Shown: positions 19,719-28,505, counted from the stretch's first letter. The stretch: 64,000 bases of DNA from an uncultured delta proteobacterium (GCA_963792965.1 CAWBYW010000007.1:160001-224000), one strand, 5' to 3'. Numbers and translations: made by a program. Notes: generated by a model not told the origin, from the letters alone.

Positions 19719-21329
19719 TCAACTGCCCTTGGTGAAGGTTCTCAAGAAGAGCTTGGTCGTCTTCAGGCTCCCGACGAGCTTTTTCGCGATATTTCGGGAA
19801 TAGAGGAAGTCGATCGTCCCCTTGATCCCGTCGTAGACCGATTTGCTCTGCGGATACCACCACATGTTCTTCTGGACGCCCGGAAGGTAGTCGTGGACGA
19901 TGCAGAGGGGCTCGGTCATCTCGTTGAAGCCGAGCTCTCCGTGGGTTCGGCCGATCCCGGATTCCTTAAAGCCGCCCCAAGGCGTCTCCGCCAGCCCGTT
20001 GCTCATCATGTGGTCGTTGATCATGACGACCCCGGCCTGGATACGCCGCGCGAGCGATTCGGCTTCTTTCCGGTTCTTCGACCAGACCGATGCGGTCAGC
20101 CCAAGGTTCGAGTCGTTGGCAAGCTTGACGGCCTCCTCCATGTCGTTTACCTTCATGACCCCGACCACCGGGCCGAAGGTCTCCTCACGCATGACAAGCA
20201 TGGAATGGTCAACGTTGGTGAGGACCATTGCGGGAAGGAAATTCCCGTTCGATTTCTTCGGACATCCCGACTCGGCGGCGATCTTGGCCCCCTTTTTGAC
20301 GGCGTCGTCAAGGTGCCTCTTGACCGTCTCCACCTGCTGGGTCGTCGTCATCGCGCCGATGTCGACGCAAAAATCGGTATCATGGCCGACCCGAATCGAC
20401 TTGACCTGATCGACCAGGAGCTTGAGAAACGGATCATACACGTCCTTATGCACGTAGATACGCTCGACCGCGGCGCAGGTCTGGCCGGTATTGGAGAGCC
20501 CCGCCCATACTGCGCCCGTCGCCGCCCGGTAGAGGTTGGCGTCGGGACAGACCAGCATCGGGTCGTTCCCCCCGAGCTCCAGCGAGACCGGCGTGAGGGT
20601 CTGGGCCGCCTTCGCCATCAGTTCCTTTCCAACGGCTGTGCTCCCGGTGAAGAAAAGCTTGTCGATGCCGGCGGCAAAGAAGGCCTCGCCCGCCTTCCTG
20701 CCAGGAAGGTTAAGATGGGTAAACAGGCCGTCCGGGAGGTCGGCCGCGGCGACGCAGCGCTCGATGGCGCTCCCCACCAGCTGGGTCTCGGTGGCGACCT
20801 TCAGGATGACGGCGTTTCCCGCCATAAGCGCCATTACGATCTCGGCAAAGGGGATCCCGAAGGGATAGTTCCAGGGGGAGATGATCCCGATGACGCCGAA
20901 CGGGACGCGAATGATCTTGCTCCGCTTATAGGCCATTAACAAGTTTGCCGGCGGGAGCGGCTTGTCCTTGAGGAAGCGGGGCGCTTTCTTCGCGAAAAAA
21001 TCGATGTTCATGGCCGTGCCGAAGACCTCGGACACCAGTGCATCGGTCCGGGTCTTGCCGTTGTCTTGACTGATGATCAACGCCAATTCGTCGGCATGCT
21101 CCACGACGTAGTCTCTGATCTTCAGCATCGCCCGGGTGCGCTCCTTTACCGGGGTGGCGGCCCAAAGGGGTTGGACCTTCCGGGCCTTCTTTACCGCGGC
21201 AACCACGTCCTCGGGACTATTCAGGGTAACGGTACCCAGCTCTTCACCGGTTGCGGGGTTCTTTGAAACGACGTGGCGAGCGTTTTCCTTAGCTTTTTGG
21301 TCTTTCGCAAGAGGTATCTGGCTCATCAT
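19719..21329 (-). CDS. NAD(P)-dependent aldehyde dehydrogenase (succinate-semialdehyde dehydrogenase-like)
   Basis: ISPWNYP, FTGSTAVG, LELGGNDP, GQTC, EETFGPV, PWGGFKESGIG. Confidence 0.93.
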   Translation of the reverse strand: MMSQIPLAKDQKAKENARHVVSKNPATGEELGTVTLNSPEDVVAAVKKARKVQPLWAATPVKERTRAMLKIRDYVVEHADELALIISQDNGKTRTDALVSEVFGTAMNIDFFAKKAPRFLKDKPLPPANLLMAYKRSKIIRVPFGVIGIISPWNYPFGIPFAEIVMALMAGNAVILKVATETQLVGSAIERCVAAADLPDGLFTHLNLPGRKAGEAFFAAGIDKLFFTGSTAVGKELMAKAAQTLTPVSLELGGNDPMLVCPDANLYRAATGAVWAGLSNTGQTCAAVERIYVHKDVYDPFLKLLVDQVKSIRVGHDTDFCVDIGAMTTTQQVETVKRHLDDAVKKGAKIAAESGCPKKSNGNFLPAMVLTNVDHSMLVMREETFGPVVGVMKVNDMEEAVKLANDSNLGLTASVWSKNRKEAESLARRIQAGVVMINDHMMSNGLAETPWGGFKESGIGRTHGELGFNEMTEPLCIVHDYLPGVQKNMWWYPQSKSVYDGIKGTIDFLYSRNIAKKLVGSLKTTKLFLRTFTKGS

Positions 21330-21590
21330 ATACTCCTTCTGAATCTTACTTGTTATTCACATTGATAAGGAAGTATGCCGATGTCGTGACCGACACCGAC
21401 ACGACAACAGTAATCCCCGGCTCTTTGAGGTAAGAGAACACCTTTAAAGATTCGTTGGAGCCGTGTATTGGCCTGCGCCGAAGAGGCGCATGCTCTGCTG
21501 TTTCGAGAGTCGGCCCGCAGAAGGACGAACTACTCCACCGAATCTTTCAAACGATCCAGGACCGGAAGACTACCGCGCAGGATCTTTGTT

Positions 21591-21698
21591 TCACGAAAAT
21601 CTCATGAAAGGTCCCGGTAGTCCGCGGGGAGGCGGAAAGTAGTTTTTGAGTGGACAGTTAAGGCGACAGTTCAGTCGATAGGCAGGCTTCGACACCAT
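21591..21698 (-). CDS. Micro-ORF 2, 35 aa (MVSKPAYRLNCRLNCPLKNYFPPPRGLPGPFMRFS)
   Basis: ATG directly after the AAGGAGG that forms the 3' strand of riboswitch 2. Confidence 0.5.
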   Translation of the reverse strand: MVSKPAYRLNCRLNCPLKNYFPPPRGLPGPFMRFS

Positions 21699-21704
21699 GT
21701 GTTT

Positions 21705-21826
21705 CCTCCTTTCCAAACACGGGAGGCGCGGCCGTTTCCAACCGAACCTTATCGGCCGGTCACCATAGACGGGCTCTTCCATTATGGTTCTGGCGCCCAA
21801 TCCACAGGTGATGCGGCTCGGAGGTT
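21705..21826 (-). promoter_or_regulatory. Moco/Tuco-class riboswitch, copy 2
   Basis: Minus strand CCTCCGAGCC..P2..TAAGGT-CGGTTG GAAA CGGCCG-GCCTCCCGTGTTTGGAAAGGAGG, matching the Moco RNA motif 3' signature. Confidence 0.9.
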
Positions 21827-21828
21827 GT

Positions 21829-21852
21829 AAAAATGCCGAATAGAATCCGGCA
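21829..21852 (-). terminator. Terminator-like hairpin between micro-ORF 1 and riboswitch 2
   Basis: TGCCGGA-ttcta-TTCGGCA followed by TTTTT on the minus strand. Confidence 0.55.
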
Positions 21853-21873
21853 ACCCATTTTATAAGTGCAGCT

Positions 21874-22017
21874 TCACGCTGCGGCGAGACGACATTCTTC
21901 AAGAAAGGAGGCAATTATCTTTCCGGACTGCCGGCAATGGAGACGAAATAGGAAGCGGGAAGGGGCCGAAGCTCCGGGTGGGACGCACTGCGTCGCTTTT
22001 GGGCGCACAAATACCAT
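21874..22017 (-). CDS. Micro-ORF 1, 47 aa (MVFVRPKATQCVPPGASAPSRFLFRLHCRQSGKIIASFLEECRLAAA)
   Basis: ATG directly after the AAGGAGG of riboswitch 1. Confidence 0.5.
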   Translation of the reverse strand: MVFVRPKATQCVPPGASAPSRFLFRLHCRQSGKIIASFLEECRLAAA

Positions 22018-22022
22018 CCTAT

Positions 22023-22140
22023 CCTCCTTTCCAAACACGGGAGGCGTGGCCGTTTCCAGCCAAACCCTAACGGCCGGCTGCCATAGACGAGCCCGACTAT
22101 CGGTTGGGCTCCTGTCCACAGGCAGTGAGGCTCGGAGAAT
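22023..22140 (-). promoter_or_regulatory. Moco/Tuco-class riboswitch, copy 1
   Basis: Minus strand CTCCGAGCC..P2..TAGGGT-TGGCTG GAAA CGGCCA-GCCTCCCGTGTTTGGAAAGGAG; covaries with copy 2. Confidence 0.9.
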
Positions 22141-22147
22141 TCTTCGT

Positions 22148-22176
22148 AGTATGGGTGATATGCTGAGTTTTGTCAA
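22148..22176 (-). promoter_or_regulatory. Sigma70-type promoter immediately upstream of riboswitch 1
   Basis: TTGACA-N17-CATACT. Confidence 0.75.
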
Positions 22177-22214
22177 CAGAATTCCAGTTGGCCAGCCGCG
22201 CAGGCGTGGAGTTG

Positions 22215-22256
22215 AAAAACGGCCGCCCAAAGGACGCGATCTTTGAGGCGGCCGTC
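22215..22256 (-). terminator. Terminator downstream of mop
   Basis: ACGGCCGCC..GGCGGCCGT stem followed by a T-tract on the minus strand. Confidence 0.7.
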
Positions 22257-22276
22257 CGGTCATAGGATGATGGCAG

Positions 22277-22486
22277 CTATTCCGTCGCGATCATGACATT
22301 TGAGGCTTTGATGACGGCATATACCTCTTTGCCTTCGGACAGTTTCAGGCTCTCGACGGACGTCTTAGTGATTATGGAGACTATCTGAACGCCTCCGGCA
22401 AGCTCGACAACGACTTCGGAGTTTACCGCCCCCTGTACTATCTTCTTTACCTTTCCCTTGAGAACGTTGCGCGCACTGATTTTCAT
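22277..22486 (-). CDS. mop: Molbindin (Mop/TOBE) molybdate/tungstate-binding protein
   Basis: MKISARNVLKGKV..SIITKTSVESLKL..AVIKASNVMI, 69 aa. Confidence 0.95.
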   Translation of the reverse strand: MKISARNVLKGKVKKIVQGAVNSEVVVELAGGVQIVSIITKTSVESLKLSEGKEVYAVIKASNVMIATE

Positions 22487-22780
22487 TATTTTACTCCTGT
22501 AATCCCGTTATTACTATTGATGCGTCTCGGTACAAAAAGATGCGGGCACCACGCTCGAGCGCGGGCGCAAGTCCGTTGTCTTGCCGCATCCTCCAGGACG
22601 TCAGACGATTTGATTCCACACCTAATCAAGATACCGGCCGGCGAGACCGGAACCTCAAAACACGCACTCTTACCTTGACGACCCACCCCGTGATTGATAT
22701 GGTATTAATATCCATGATAGGTTTAGAGATATTCGTTCGGATGTAGTGGTATTCGCCTTATGCAAAAGGATGACACGATA

Positions 22781-23144
22781 ATGAACGGATTCACGCCCGC
22801 ACCGGTAAAGCAGGCCGCTACCCTCGGAGGATCTCGAGAGACTCGACATCAGGGTGGGAACGATCTCGGAAATCACCGATGTCTCGGGGTCCGACAAGCT
22901 CGTCTCACTAAGCGTCGATTTTGGGGACCATAAGAGGACAGTCCTGGTCGGCATGAAGGGAGAGCGAAAAGATCCGGCCGAGATCAAGGGAAAACAGGCC
23001 CTCTTTGTCGTCAACCTGCCGCCGAGAAAACTCTTCGGCATTATTTCGGAGGGGATGCTCCTGGATATCGGGTATGCGGACGGGATTGTTCCGGTCCTGG
23101 CCCAACCCGAAGAGCCCGTTCCCAACGGAGTCCGTGCGGGGTGA
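22781..23144 (+). CDS. CsaA/Trbp111-like tRNA-binding OB-fold protein (apparent frameshift near 22826)
   Basis: LDIRVGTI..VNLPPRKLFGIISEGMLL; N-terminus MNGFTPAPVK lies in the adjacent frame. Confidence 0.85.
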
Positions 23145-23148
23145 AACA

Positions 23149-23177
23149 TTGACTTTTCACCGGAGATGCGATAGACT
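23149..23177 (+). promoter_or_regulatory. Sigma70-type promoter of pgi
   Basis: TTGACT-N17-TAGACT. Confidence 0.6.
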
Positions 23178-23204
23178 GATGTCGTTTCTTTTGAACGGGT
23201 ATGT

Positions 23205-24599
23205 ATGAAAGAGTTGATTTCGCTGGACTATAATTACCTCATGAATAGCGTGTTGGGGACGCAATGCGCCGTCGATGACAAAGATATTGCGTCACTTACC
23301 GAGCACGGGCAGGCGGCCCGCAGCCGTATTGAGGATGAAAGAAACGGAGGTGAGCTTGCCTTCATGGACATTGACGGGCTCCGCAAGCATATACCGGCGA
23401 TAAAAGAGGCGGCCGATCGGATAACAAAGCGATTTTCAACCCTTGTCGTCCTCGGGATCGGGGGATCGGCCCTCGGGGCGCGGGCGGTCAAAGAGGCGTT
23501 GGTCAACCCGTTCAAAAGGGATGGGTGCCGGCTTATCATCGCCGATAACATCGACCCGGCGTATACCGCACAGCTCATCGACGGCCTCGATCTAAAGGAA
23601 ACGGCCTTTAACGTCGTCAGCAAGTCCGGGGGCACGGTTGAGACACTCGCGCAGTTCATGATCATCACGGGGCTTCTCAAAAAAATTCTCGGGCAGGACG
23701 GTTTTCGTGAGCGCGTTGTCATCACGACGGACCCCCAAAAGGGGGTGCTCAGGGAAATCGCACGGGAGGAGGGGGTCGTTTCCCTCGAAGTGCCGCCGAA
23801 GATCGGGGGAAGGTTTTCCGTGCTGACGCCGGTGGGTCTTTTTCCGGCCCAGTGCATGGGGGTGGACGCAGAGAAGATTCTCGACGGCGCGGGCGCGTTC
23901 GATGTCTCAACGCGGAAAGGCTTGTGGGAAGGCAATCCCGCCTATCTCTACGGGGCGCTCCTTTTTATCGCTGCCGGGCTGAAGCAACGGAATATCTCCG
24001 TCATGATGCCCTATTCGGCAAGGCTTTTCTCCTTTGCGCTCTGGTACGCACAGCTCTGGGCGGAGAGCCTCGGCAAACCGAAGGTCCTGGGTGGGAAGAA
24101 GGTCGCGTTGGGCCAGACGCCTGTGGCGGCGGTAGGGGTTACCGATCAGCACTCGCAGCTTCAGCTCTTTATGGAGGGGCCGGAAGATAAGGTAATAACC
24201 TTCATCGACGTGAAGGATACCGGGGGCGACGTCGCGATCCCGAAACTGTATGGAGATCGTGAGTCGCTCGGCTACCTCGGTGGCAGGACAATCGGTGAAC
24301 TCTTTGATGCCGAGCGTTCGGCCACGGAATCGGCCCTGGCCATAAAGAAAAAGATGTCGATGACCGTCGCGATCCCGGATATTTCGCCGCAGACCCTCGG
24401 CGTCCTCTTCTCTTTCTTTCAGTCGGCAACGACGTTTGCCGGGTATCTCTATGATATCAATCCATTCGACCAGCCAGGCGTCGAAGACGGCAAGAAATAT
24501 GCGTGGGGAATCATGGGAAGGACCGGATATGAAGAAAAACTGAAAGAGTATCGTGGCCGTCCGAAGAAAATTCCCGGGTATATCAAGGCGGCCACGTGA
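23205..24599 (+). CDS. pgi: Glucose-6-phosphate isomerase
   Basis: LGIGGSALG, SKSGGTVET, GGRFSVL, QLWAESLGK, DQHSQLQ, NPFDQPGVE. Confidence 0.96.
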   Translation: MKELISLDYNYLMNSVLGTQCAVDDKDIASLTEHGQAARSRIEDERNGGELAFMDIDGLRKHIPAIKEAADRITKRFSTLVVLGIGGSALGARAVKEALVNPFKRDGCRLIIADNIDPAYTAQLIDGLDLKETAFNVVSKSGGTVETLAQFMIITGLLKKILGQDGFRERVVITTDPQKGVLREIAREEGVVSLEVPPKIGGRFSVLTPVGLFPAQCMGVDAEKILDGAGAFDVSTRKGLWEGNPAYLYGALLFIAAGLKQRNISVMMPYSARLFSFALWYAQLWAESLGKPKVLGGKKVALGQTPVAAVGVTDQHSQLQLFMEGPEDKVITFIDVKDTGGDVAIPKLYGDRESLGYLGGRTIGELFDAERSATESALAIKKKMSMTVAIPDISPQTLGVLFSFFQSATTFAGYLYDINPFDQPGVEDGKKYAWGIMGRTGYEEKLKEYRGRPKKIPGYIKAAT

Positions 24600-24717
24600 G
24601 CCGCTGACGTCGTCCCCCTCACGAGGGGGACCGAGATTTCCCCTTGATACGCGGTAGCGTTGTGATATAATAACGAAAGAACACACGAAACATCGAAAAC
24701 ACCTCTTTTTTTAAGTG

Positions 24718-25080
24718 ATGACGAAGAAGAAGATTTTTATTCCTCAGGAAAAACTTGAGATTTGGGTGCACGAAGGGAAGATATCGATGACGAATAACGT
24801 CATCACTACACTGACGGGCAAGAAGGTAAGCTATAAGTTGATCCCGGCCTTTAAATTTCTGAGACTCACTTCCGGAAACAGCGATACGGAAAGACTGATC
24901 GGTACCGTGAAGACCAAGGACGACATCAAACACCTGAAACCGGATATCTTCATGGATTCCATCATCATCGGCGACAAGGCCTATGAGGTCGAGATGGGGT
25001 ATATCGGATACCTGACGGGCGACGATAAAGAGCTCGACGATATCGCGCTGCTCTCAAAGTATATCCTCGAAAACATTTGA
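24718..25080 (+). CDS. Hypothetical protein, 120 aa
   Basis: Clean ORF with an upstream TTGATA..TATAAT; stop overlaps the miaB start region. Confidence 0.8.
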   Translation: MTKKKIFIPQEKLEIWVHEGKISMTNNVITTLTGKKVSYKLIPAFKFLRLTSGNSDTERLIGTVKTKDDIKHLKPDIFMDSIIIGDKAYEVEMGYIGYLTGDDKELDDIALLSKYILENI

Positions 25081-26423
25081 TCACACGCATGACCAGACCG
25101 GCAGAAAAGCCCCCGTCGGTGGGGAGCGCCTATATCAGGACGTTCGGCTGTCAGATGAATGAATACGATTCCGAGCGAATTGCCGGACTTTTATCCCTGG
25201 CGGGTTACCGACAGGTCGATGACCCAAATGTCGCGGAGGTCATCATCATCAATACCTGCAGTATCCGCGAAAAGCCCGAGGAAAAAACCTATAGCGAAAT
25301 CGGAACCTATCGGGCAATTAAGGAGACAAAACCGGGGGTAGTCCTGGCGGTGTGCGGATGCGTCGCCCAGCAGCGTGGAGCCGAGATCATAGAGCGTTTC
25401 CCCTACGTCGACCTCGTGGTGGGGACAAACCAGATCGACCGGATCGACGCCCTTATCGCGCGTGTCCGGCAGGGAAGGGGGCCGCAGGTTGCGACGGAGT
25501 TTTCCGAAACTCCGCACATCACGGCGTTTCCCCGCGTCAGCGATCGATATACCGCCTCCGTGACCGTCATGCAGGGGTGCAATAATTTCTGCTCTTACTG
25601 CATTGTGCCCTACGTCCGGGGCAGGGAGATATCGCGTCGGTCCGAAGAGATCATCACCGAGGTGCGGGGGCTGGCGGACGAGGGCTTCATGGAGGTGATG
25701 CTCCTGGGCCAGAACGTCAATTCGTACCGCGACCCGACGAGCCTGCTTCCCTTCCCGATGCTCCTGCATGAGGTCGCGGCGGTCGCCGGCATCAAGAGGA
25801 TCCGCTTTACGACCTCGCATCCGAAAGATCTTTCGCCCGAGCTTATCGCGTGCTATCGAGGGGTCGACTCCCTCTGCTCCCATATACACCTCCCGGTTCA
25901 GTCCGGATCCAGTCGAATTCTTGAGCTGATGAACCGGGGGTATACGAGGGAAGGCTATCTGGAAAAGATACGCGCCCTCAGGGCGGCGCGTCCCGATATT
26001 TCGGTGACGACCGATATCATCGTCGGATTTCCCGGGGAATCGGCGGCGGACTTCGACTATACCCTCGCGTTGATGGAAGAAGTGAAATTTGACGGGGCTT
26101 ATTCCTTCAAGTATTCCCCAAGGCCGGGGACGAAGGCCGCGGCCCTGCGCGATGACGTGGACGAGGTCGAAAAGTCGCGCAGATTGGCCGTCCTTCAAGA
26201 GCTCCAGAAGGGGCATACCCTCTCGGCGAACGAGAAAAGCGTAAACCGTGTCGAGGAGGTCTTAGCCGTCGGTCCGAGCGTACGCGACCCCGGGGAGCTA
26301 ACCGGAAGATCTCGGACGAATAAAGTCGTCAACTTTACGGGCGGGCGCGAAAGTATCGGATCGCTGGTTGGTGTGAGGATAAAGAAGGCCAACAACAACT
26401 CCCTCTGGGGGGAGGCGGTGTAG
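25077..26423 (+). CDS. miaB: tRNA-i6A37 methylthiotransferase
   Basis: TFGCQMNEYDS, NTCSIRE, GCNNFCSYCIVP, C-terminal TRAM domain. Confidence 0.95.
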   Translation: MITRMTRPAEKPPSVGSAYIRTFGCQMNEYDSERIAGLLSLAGYRQVDDPNVAEVIIINTCSIREKPEEKTYSEIGTYRAIKETKPGVVLAVCGCVAQQRGAEIIERFPYVDLVVGTNQIDRIDALIARVRQGRGPQVATEFSETPHITAFPRVSDRYTASVTVMQGCNNFCSYCIVPYVRGREISRRSEEIITEVRGLADEGFMEVMLLGQNVNSYRDPTSLLPFPMLLHEVAAVAGIKRIRFTTSHPKDLSPELIACYRGVDSLCSHIHLPVQSGSSRILELMNRGYTREGYLEKIRALRAARPDISVTTDIIVGFPGESAADFDYTLALMEEVKFDGAYSFKYSPRPGTKAAALRDDVDEVEKSRRLAVLQELQKGHTLSANEKSVNRVEEVLAVGPSVRDPGELTGRSRTNKVVNFTGGRESIGSLVGVRIKKANNNSLWGEAV

Positions 26424-26444
26424 TCACGAGATAAGGAGAAGTCA

Positions 26445-26945
26445 ATGCCGAAAGAAATGAAGATAAGCGGTATGGCGATCGATCCGTTTACGAACGTGCC
26501 GATCGTCATACTCAGGGATATGGAGGAGAAGAGCACCGTGCCGATCTGGATCGGACTTCTTGAGGCCAGCGCAATTGCAACGGTGCTCGAAAACATCCAA
26601 TTTTCTCGTCCCATGACCCATGATCTCTTCAAGCGGGTGATGGATACCCTCAACGTCGTCATAGAGAAGATCGTGGTGAACGATCTGAAGGATAATACCT
26701 ATTACGCTACGATCTACCTCACGTCCAATGGAGTACAGTACCAGATCGACTCCCGTCCGAGCGACGCGATCGCCATCGCGCTCAGGACAGACGCCAAGAT
26801 ATACATGGAGGAATCCGTTATCGAGAAGTCGAAGAAGATCGAGCTTACCAAACCCGATGACATGACTACCGAGGAGGCAAAAAAGAAATGGGCCGAAATC
26901 CTCGAAAACCTCAACCCGGAAGATTTCGGCAAGTATAAGATGTAG
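26445..26945 (+). CDS. Bifunctional nuclease (DUF151) family protein
   Basis: PIWIGLLEA, RPMTHDL, DSRPSDAIAIALR. Confidence 0.92.
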   Translation: MPKEMKISGMAIDPFTNVPIVILRDMEEKSTVPIWIGLLEASAIATVLENIQFSRPMTHDLFKRVMDTLNVVIEKIVVNDLKDNTYYATIYLTSNGVQYQIDSRPSDAIAIALRTDAKIYMEESVIEKSKKIELTKPDDMTTEEAKKKWAEILENLNPEDFGKYKM

Positions 26946-26951
26946 GTCTTG

Positions 26952-27350
26952 ATGTCTTTTGTCTCTCGTGAAAAGGGAATCTTGGCATGGACGGCGGTCA
27001 TTATCTATTGTATCCTCATATTCATCGGTTCATCTATTCCGGGCGATGAACTCGATACAGGGCCTCCCGGTTTCGATAAAATCCTTCACATACTTCAATA
27101 TTTGATACTGTCCCTTCTGATCTTTACCGCACTCAAATTCAGCCTCCTGTCATTGTCCGTTACGGCTATTTTCTGGCTGACGGTGGCCGCTTCGTCGCTC
27201 TACGGCGCATCCGATGAGATCCACCAGCTCTTTGTGCCGTTTCGGGAATGTGATTTTCTTGATTTCTGTGCGGATCTTCTCGGATCTTTGCTCGGTTCAT
27301 ACTGGTTTTCGAAAAGACTGAATAAGCGGACGCGTCCTTTTAATCCTTGA
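26952..27350 (+). CDS. VanZ-family membrane protein
   Basis: DKILH, YGASDEIHQLFVPFR, DFCADLLG. Confidence 0.9.
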   Translation: MSFVSREKGILAWTAVIIYCILIFIGSSIPGDELDTGPPGFDKILHILQYLILSLLIFTALKFSLLSLSVTAIFWLTVAASSLYGASDEIHQLFVPFRECDFLDFCADLLGSLLGSYWFSKRLNKRTRPFNP

Positions 27351-27426
27351 CAAAGAGAGAGCATTTTGTTATATAAACTTAATTTCTTTACATGTGCCAA
27401 TGTTTTCTTTAAGGTCGGAGTATTCC

Positions 27427-27807
27427 ATGAATAAGAAAGAATTTGAACCGGGCAGGAACGCTGGATTTAACTCCCAGATCGGCGAGAGCACGAAGTTTGT
27501 CGGAAACATCACCGGCTCCGAGGATGTGTTAATTAACGGGGAGATGAATGGTGATGTCGATGTCCGGGCAAGCGTCCACGTCGGCGGGACCGGCAGGGTC
27601 AAGGGCACCATAAAGGCTCAGAATGTCGTTGTTGAGGGCAAGGTAGAGGGAACTCTCAAGGCAGAGGATAAGATCGAGTTGATCAACAGCGCCAATATCA
27701 ACGCGGATATGGAATGTAAGCACTTGGCCGTTGCCGATGGCGCTTTCTTCGAGGGAAAGGTGCATATGGAGGGCATGGATACGGTCAAATCGTCATTCAC
27801 CGGATAG
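27427..27807 (+). CDS. Bactofilin (polymer-forming cytoskeletal protein)
   Basis: Beta-helix repeats (IGESTKFVGNI..INGEMNGDV..GAFFEGKV); promoter TTGACA at 27347. Confidence 0.9.
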   Translation: MNKKEFEPGRNAGFNSQIGESTKFVGNITGSEDVLINGEMNGDVDVRASVHVGGTGRVKGTIKAQNVVVEGKVEGTLKAEDKIELINSANINADMECKHLAVADGAFFEGKVHMEGMDTVKSSFTG

Positions 27808-27830
27808 AGACTTAGAAGGAGTAAACATAG

Positions 27831-28505
27831 TTGGCCAGGCGCATAAGGACATCACGAAAGAAATCGATAAATAAACCGGACGAATTTATCTCGACGTGGG
27901 CCAAGATCATTCAATATTTGTACGAGCATGAGATTCTATTTTATTCGGCCTTCGCGGTGGTGATCGCCCTCTGCGTCGGCATCGTCGCTCTCTCATTTCT
28001 CTTCTTTCATCGGCAGACGGAATCCCAGGAGATTCTATACCGCGGGATAACGGCCTACAACGATGCGGGCACGAGTGAAGAGAATCTCAATAAGGCTCTG
28101 CTTTCATTCACGGCCGTCGCAAAGAAGTATCCTTTCTCCAAGTCAAAGAAGATCGCCATTCTCTATCAGGGTAACGTCCTGTATGACCTCAAAAAGTATG
28201 ACGAAGCCCTCGATAAATATAAAACAGCCGAAAAGCAGTTCTCCGGTCCGCTCAAGGATATCGTGAGGGAGGACGTCGGCTATACGCTGGAACGAATGGG
28301 TAAATATTCCGAGGCGTCGGACATATTCAAGACCCTCATATCTCCAAAGAACGAAGGAGCTTACTTAGATCTCATCAGGAACCTTGAGGAAGCCGGGAAA
28401 AAGGATGAGGTCGTCAAATATGGTAAAGAGTATCTAACCTATTTTGCCGATTCTTCGCACGCCCCGGCGATCAAGGAGAAGCTCGAGACAACCGGGAAAA
28501 AATAA
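27831..28505 (+). CDS. Membrane-anchored TPR protein (YfgM-like)
   Basis: Basic N-terminus KPDEF, one TM helix, TPR helices. Confidence 0.8.
   Translation: MARRIRTSRKKSINKPDEFISTWAKIIQYLYEHEILFYSAFAVVIALCVGIVALSFLFFHRQTESQEILYRGITAYNDAGTSEENLNKALLSFTAVAKKYPFSKSKKIAILYQGNVLYDLKKYDEALDKYKTAEKQFSGPLKDIVREDVGYTLERMGKYSEASDIFKTLISPKNEGAYLDLIRNLEEAGKKDEVVKYGKEYLTYFADSSHAPAIKEKLETTGKK

Noticed and set aside
19893-20939. Long antisense ORFs (also 25191-26216, 34114-35124, 36725-37849)
   Set aside because: Shadow frames opposite well-supported genes in GC-rich DNA.
21570-21593. Selenocysteine readthrough of the micro-ORF 2 TGA
   Set aside because: A TAG follows after six more codons and no convincing SECIS hairpin is visible.
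21893-21912. GCCTCCTTTCTTGAAGAATG on the minus strand as a third Moco aptamer
   Set aside because: Only a partial resemblance to the 3' signature; no P1/P2/P4, and it lies inside micro-ORF 1.
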